Positions 57,271 through 64,000 of a stretch of DNA of 64,000 nucleotides are shown here, one piece after another. Both the position numbers and the translations under genes were made by a program. The first letter of the stretch is position 1. Every line of letters begins with the position of its first letter. Below the pieces are notes generated by a model. It saw only the letters and a program-made list of their open reading frames with translations. It did not search any database and had not been told where the DNA came from. Source of the stretch: Eledone cirrhosa (Eukaryota); assembly GCA_964016885.1 (NCBI GenBank), contig OZ024743.1, positions 256,308,001 through 256,372,000 on the forward strand, written 5' to 3'.

Positions 57271-58244
57271 TAGATAAATATATGTATTTACATATATATA
57301 TATGTACGTATATATTTGTGTGTATATATATGTACACATGTATGAATATATCACATGTGATTACTGTCCTTTCTCCATCATTTTTTTCTACATGTAACCT
57401 TATAGTGTATTTTATATACTCCTTTATTATCATTATTATTATTAGTATTTATAGCTGCAAGGGAAGACCAGTTCATATAAGTACTTATGGAATAAACCTT
57501 CTGTAATTTATCTGTTCTTTTAGTCTTCTTACACACTGCAACGAGTATACTAGATTGAGGTATATGTTCCTGAACACACACACACACACACATACATACA
57601 TACATACATACATACATACATACATACATACATACATACATACATACATACATACATACATACATGCATACATGCATGATAGCTGCATCTTGATTTTGAG
57701 AGTTGCCATCTCTAGAACCTCTTCTCATGCAGGAGTGGCAGGAACATGACTTTTTTGCTCTACCTAGGACATACATTCTTTTTGCATATGCTTCAGAAAA
57801 ACAAAGCTTTATTTGGCTATAACCAACCATGCTCATCAAAGACATGTGATAAATGTTTTGATCAAGTGATGCTTATGAGTGAAGCTTTTTACTAAGTCAA
57901 GAAAGGCCTTTTATTGGAACAATCCCATTCTGAACAACAGTGTCAACTATCCAAAAAGAACAGGTCAACATCACTGGCTGCCATTAAGTCCAAGGTTTTA
58001 TATTAGTTTTCTTTCTCCTAGAATGACATCCTAGCACGAGCTAGGGTCTCTCACTGGGCACCAAACTGAATATTTCCATGTCACCCTGCATTCGTACATA
58101 CAAATGTATGTGTATGTATGTATGTTTGTTTGCATTTATGAAAGTGTCTATATTAATATGTGTGTGACTGTGAGTGTGTATGCATGTATATTTGTGTGTG
58201 TATGTATGTTTGTATATGTATTATGTATGTAGGTATATATGTAG

Positions 58245-58712
58245 CAGGGGCGAAGGGTGCGTGCATGCAACACATGCAGTGCATGCGTTAGAGAATCTTA
58301 AGTTGATCAATTGCATCGGTTGAAGCAAGCATAATTTTGGCTGCTTGCTAAATCGTAGACACATAAAAAGATAACACAAACACACACACACATACACACA
58401 AACACATGACAGCGTCAGTTGAAGCAAGCAGAATTTTGGCTGCTTGCTAAACCGTAGACACATAAAAAGATAACACACACACAGACATATACACAAACAC
58501 GCGACAGCGTCAGTTGAAGCAAGTGTAATTTTGGGTACTTACTAAATCGTAGACACATAAAAAGATAACACACACGCACAGACTAGATAACACAACATGC
58601 GGCTTTGACCGGGAGGGTCATTTAGAGGGAATTTGGGTAAGGCTGCACAACCCACTTTCCGCCATGGCAATTGGACTGCATGCCCTGCTTTCCAGGTTAT
58701 CCTTCGCCACTG
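58245..58712. mobile_element. hAT-type MITE with three internal ~96-bp tandem units
   Basis: TIRs caggggcgaagggt / atccttcgccactg; 8-bp TSD atatgtag / gtatgtag; units gttgaagcaagc..cgtagacacataaaaagataacac x3. Confidence 0.75.
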
Positions 58713-58734
58713 GTATGTAGGTATATATAATAAT

Positions 58735-58912
58735 TGTTTCTACTTTTGGCACAAGGCCAGCAATTATCTCAGTTCATTACAGGTACTTTATTTTATCGAC
58801 CCCGTAAGGATGAAAGGCAAAGTTAACCTCAGCTGGATTTGAACTCAGAATAGCAGGGCCCGTAACTCTATGCTGCAAAGCATGGCGTCCGACCCTCTAA
58901 CGACACTGCCAA
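58735..58912 (-). mobile_element. SINE, same family
   Basis: Same core; flanking atatataataat duplication. Confidence 0.82.
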
Positions 58913-58924
58913 TATATAATAATA

Positions 58925-59103
58925 AAGGATAATGTCCTCATATCCAGAGATTCTGAACAATATCTTATAAAATAGGATGAAGACCCCTAAAAGACGAAAA
59001 AAGAAGTTGCCATCAGCCGCCTGTTGGCAACTTCTTTTGAGGGTCTTCACACTATTTTGTAAGCTATTTTATAGCATCTCTGTGCATAAGCACGTCATCC
59101 TTT
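58925..59103. repeat. Degenerate fold-back
   Basis: aagaagttgccatcag-ccgc-ctgttggcaacttctt core with outer arms tgaagaccc / gggtcttca. Confidence 0.7.
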
Positions 59104-59522
59104 GTACTTATATATCTATATTCTCAGCACTTAAAAAGTCTGAGAAATTTAGTATGTAAATAGGTTTAATGTGATTGATATCCAGTCAGAATTTCTGTAT
59201 GTAGCATAGCTATTTGTGTACGAGAAGAGAGGAGGAGGGGTTGTGTAAATTGTGGCATGAGAGAAAATTCCAGGGAGATAGATTCGAAAGTCGAGAAAAG
59301 AGTGAATATTTGTGCTACATGAGTCAATGGAGAAAGAGCATCTATGACGAGGAGTGAGCAGGTGAAACTGGGTAGAGATAGTCAGGATTACACATTTATT
59401 TTCCTTTTCCAAGAAACGGAAAACTAATAAGACTTGGTTTTATTGTATCTGTGTTTGTCTTGTACAACTTGAACTATATACATATATATATATACAAATA
59501 TATGTGTGTATATTTATATGTA

Positions 59523-60398
59523 TCATCATCATCATCACCTTTTTACGTCCGTTCTTTCCCGCTAGCATGAGTTAGACGGGTTGTCCTGTTGTGGGCAGTG
59601 TCCTGTCGGCTGACCATGCCTTGCTCATACGGGAACTGATTCTGGCTTGATTTATACAGCTGGATGCCCTTCCTAACACCAACCTCATTTACAGTGAGTG
59701 CTGGGTGCTTTTTTTCGTCGCGCCTACACGTTCACTTTACAGTGTGGGCTGGGTGCTTTTTTGCCGTGGCACCTCCACGACCACTTTGCAGTGGGAGCAT
59801 GTGGGGGCATATTGTTTATATGCTTCAGCTTCGGCTTGTTCCCGTGGAGGGTCGGGTCTTCTGTATTACTGCATGGTGCCAGAAGTCACGGTTATGTGTC
59901 ATCGCCTTTGAGAGGTTTAATTGGGTAAGGTCGGGTTTCATCACCTCATCCCAGGTCTTCTTGGGTCTCCCCTCTCCGCGGGTTCCATCGACTTCTAGTG
60001 CTCTGCAACTTTTTATGCAGCTGTCATCCTTCATACACATCACATGTCTATACCAACGCAACCGCCTCTCCTGCACTCAGCATTTGATTCCTCTTATGCT
60101 CAGTCTCTCTCTCAATTCATGTATGCTTTGCCATTCGCGTATATTTCTATTACACATCCATCGGAGCATGCAGGCTTCGTTTCTTTCTAATCTACGTAAG
60201 TCTTCTACAGACAGTGCCCAGGTTTCTCTACCATGTAACATTGCAGTTCGTATACATGCATCATATAGTCTGCCTTTCATTTTGAGGGAAAAGCCTTTTG
60301 CAGCTTGCCACAGTAGCTCCCTGAACTTCTTCCATCCCGTTCTTACCCTATTTATTGTACTTTACGAACACCCACCTCCGCTTGTAATTCGGTCACCT

Positions 60399-60400
<2 letters not shown>
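59523..60400 (-). mobile_element. RTE LINE 3' fragment whose 3' UTR is shared with the CORE-type SINE
   Basis: [21 protein letters not shown]; 59523-59790 is nearly identical to 325-600; (CAT)n tail. Confidence 0.88.
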
Positions 60401-60467
<67 letters not shown>

Positions 60468-60500
60468 TATAAATATATATATATATATATATATACACAA

Positions 60501-60565
<65 letters not shown>

Positions 60566-60570
60566 TATAT

Positions 60571-60601
<31 letters not shown>

Positions 60602-60676
60602 CATATATATACATATATATATGTGTATTTATATACATATATATATACACACACACACATATATATATATATATAC

Positions 60677-60723
<47 letters not shown>

Positions 60724-60734
60724 CATATATATAT

Positions 60735-61590
<856 letters not shown>

Positions 61591-62277
61591 TATATATACA
61601 TATGTGTGTACTTGTGTTTGTGTGTCTATAAGCAAGAATATAATAATATTCCTCCAAGGTAGGCCAAATATAACACTAAGACCATCACTAGATAGAATTG
61701 TACAAACACCATATATTGACTACGTAAAAAAAAAATGTTCTTCTTTTCAATTCAGTAATTCTACAGAACAGAATAGCAGAGCATAGCATAGAACAAGACA
61801 AGAGACCAAGTCTTGGGAAACGGAAAAATCTTTGAATATATAAACTGACAAATAATTGCCAGTTAGGAACGCTTCAGAGATATATAATGATCTGTGGTAA
61901 GTTCAGTGATATTTTTGATGGAATATTTCAACAATTCTACTATATATATTATTTTATTTTTACCAAACCAAACGCACACTTACATACAACATACAAGCAT
62001 TGATATATAGAAACAAAAGTGAACATATGTGAAGAAAACTGAATTACAAAAAACAAAAACTGGGAAAAAACAGGTAACATATGAAATAAAAGAAAATTTT
62101 ATTTTTCATTTTTTAAAACAAAGTAAATATGAAAACTCCCTGCTATAATTGCTGTGGTAGAAAACATAGAGAAAAATGTGTGTATGTATGTTTGAATAAG
62201 TGTAATAGTCAATGTGTATATATACATGTATGCTTATATATATAACATAAAAACACATATATAAGTATGTGTTGGTC

Positions 62278-62319
<42 letters not shown>

Positions 62320-62529
62320 TGCGTGTGTGTGTGTGTGTGTTTGTGTGTGTAAATATATATATATACACACACACACATATACACATATATCTGTAAATAT
62401 ATATAAACACATGGATATGCACACAAACACATACACCCAATCCAATATTAATATATATTTACACTCATATGTTTATATATATCCGCATACAAAATGTTGC
62501 ATAAGTTTTTGCTTGTGAACGATATATAT

Positions 62530-62859
<330 letters not shown>

Positions 62860-62889
62860 ATATTATACATATTCATTTGTATGCATGTA

Positions 62890-63422
<533 letters not shown>

Positions 63423-63657
63423 GGACATACATTTGGCAGGCTGACCGTTACACTCTATATTCTCATTCTTCTCTCAAATCCGAGTTTTGGTGACTGGGTC
63501 TTTGCTGGAATTTATGTGTGCGTGAGTTTTGTTATATTACTGCAGAGTTTTCATGTTAAAGTGATTGATTACTATGTCAGTCTGAAGGAAATTAGGATTC
63601 TACCTCTTCATCTAATATGTATATATGTGCGGGTATATATATATATATATGTATATG

Positions 63658-63710
<53 letters not shown>

Positions 63711-63745
63711 ATATATATATATATGTATATATGTATATATATATA

Positions 63746-63793
<48 letters not shown>

Positions 63794-63794
63794 A

Positions 63795-63855
<61 letters not shown>

Positions 63856-63889
63856 TATATATATACATATATACATATATATATACATA

Positions 63890-63946
<57 letters not shown>

Positions 63947-64000
63947 ATATATATATATATACATATGTACATATACTTATATATATATATATATATCTAC

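Noticed and set aside
59335-59385. Possible hammerhead (atgacga..gaaac..gta)
   Set aside because: No C3, and stems I and II do not pair convincingly.

Overview
AT-rich, microsatellite-saturated animal DNA. The SINE families, RTE/CR1/Tx1 LINE debris and dense (TA)n/(CA)n/(CAT)n tracts suggest an octopus/coleoid cephalopod (inference). No clear host protein gene is recognisable, and almost all ORF-track entries are microsatellite read-through or LINE fragments. The window holds a near-intact Penelope-like retroelement (PLE; RT plus C-terminal GIY-YIG, 29346-31978), a decayed CR1-type LINE, many RTE fragments and their partner SINEs, two non-autonomous Helitron-like elements, two hAT-type MITEs with 8-bp TSDs, and a 29-bp minisatellite. 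The most interesting signal is a set of short fold-back insertions, mostly in (TA)n tracts, from several distinct families, that carry type-I hammerhead ribozyme motifs (870-1040, 21338-21829, 23742-24250, 39965-40157, 52636-52834 and the PLE termini). One look-alike fold-back (60791-61126) has a tRNA-like Pol III unit, not a hammerhead, exactly at its apex. Three candidate minus-strand exons could encode a 38-aa micropeptide.
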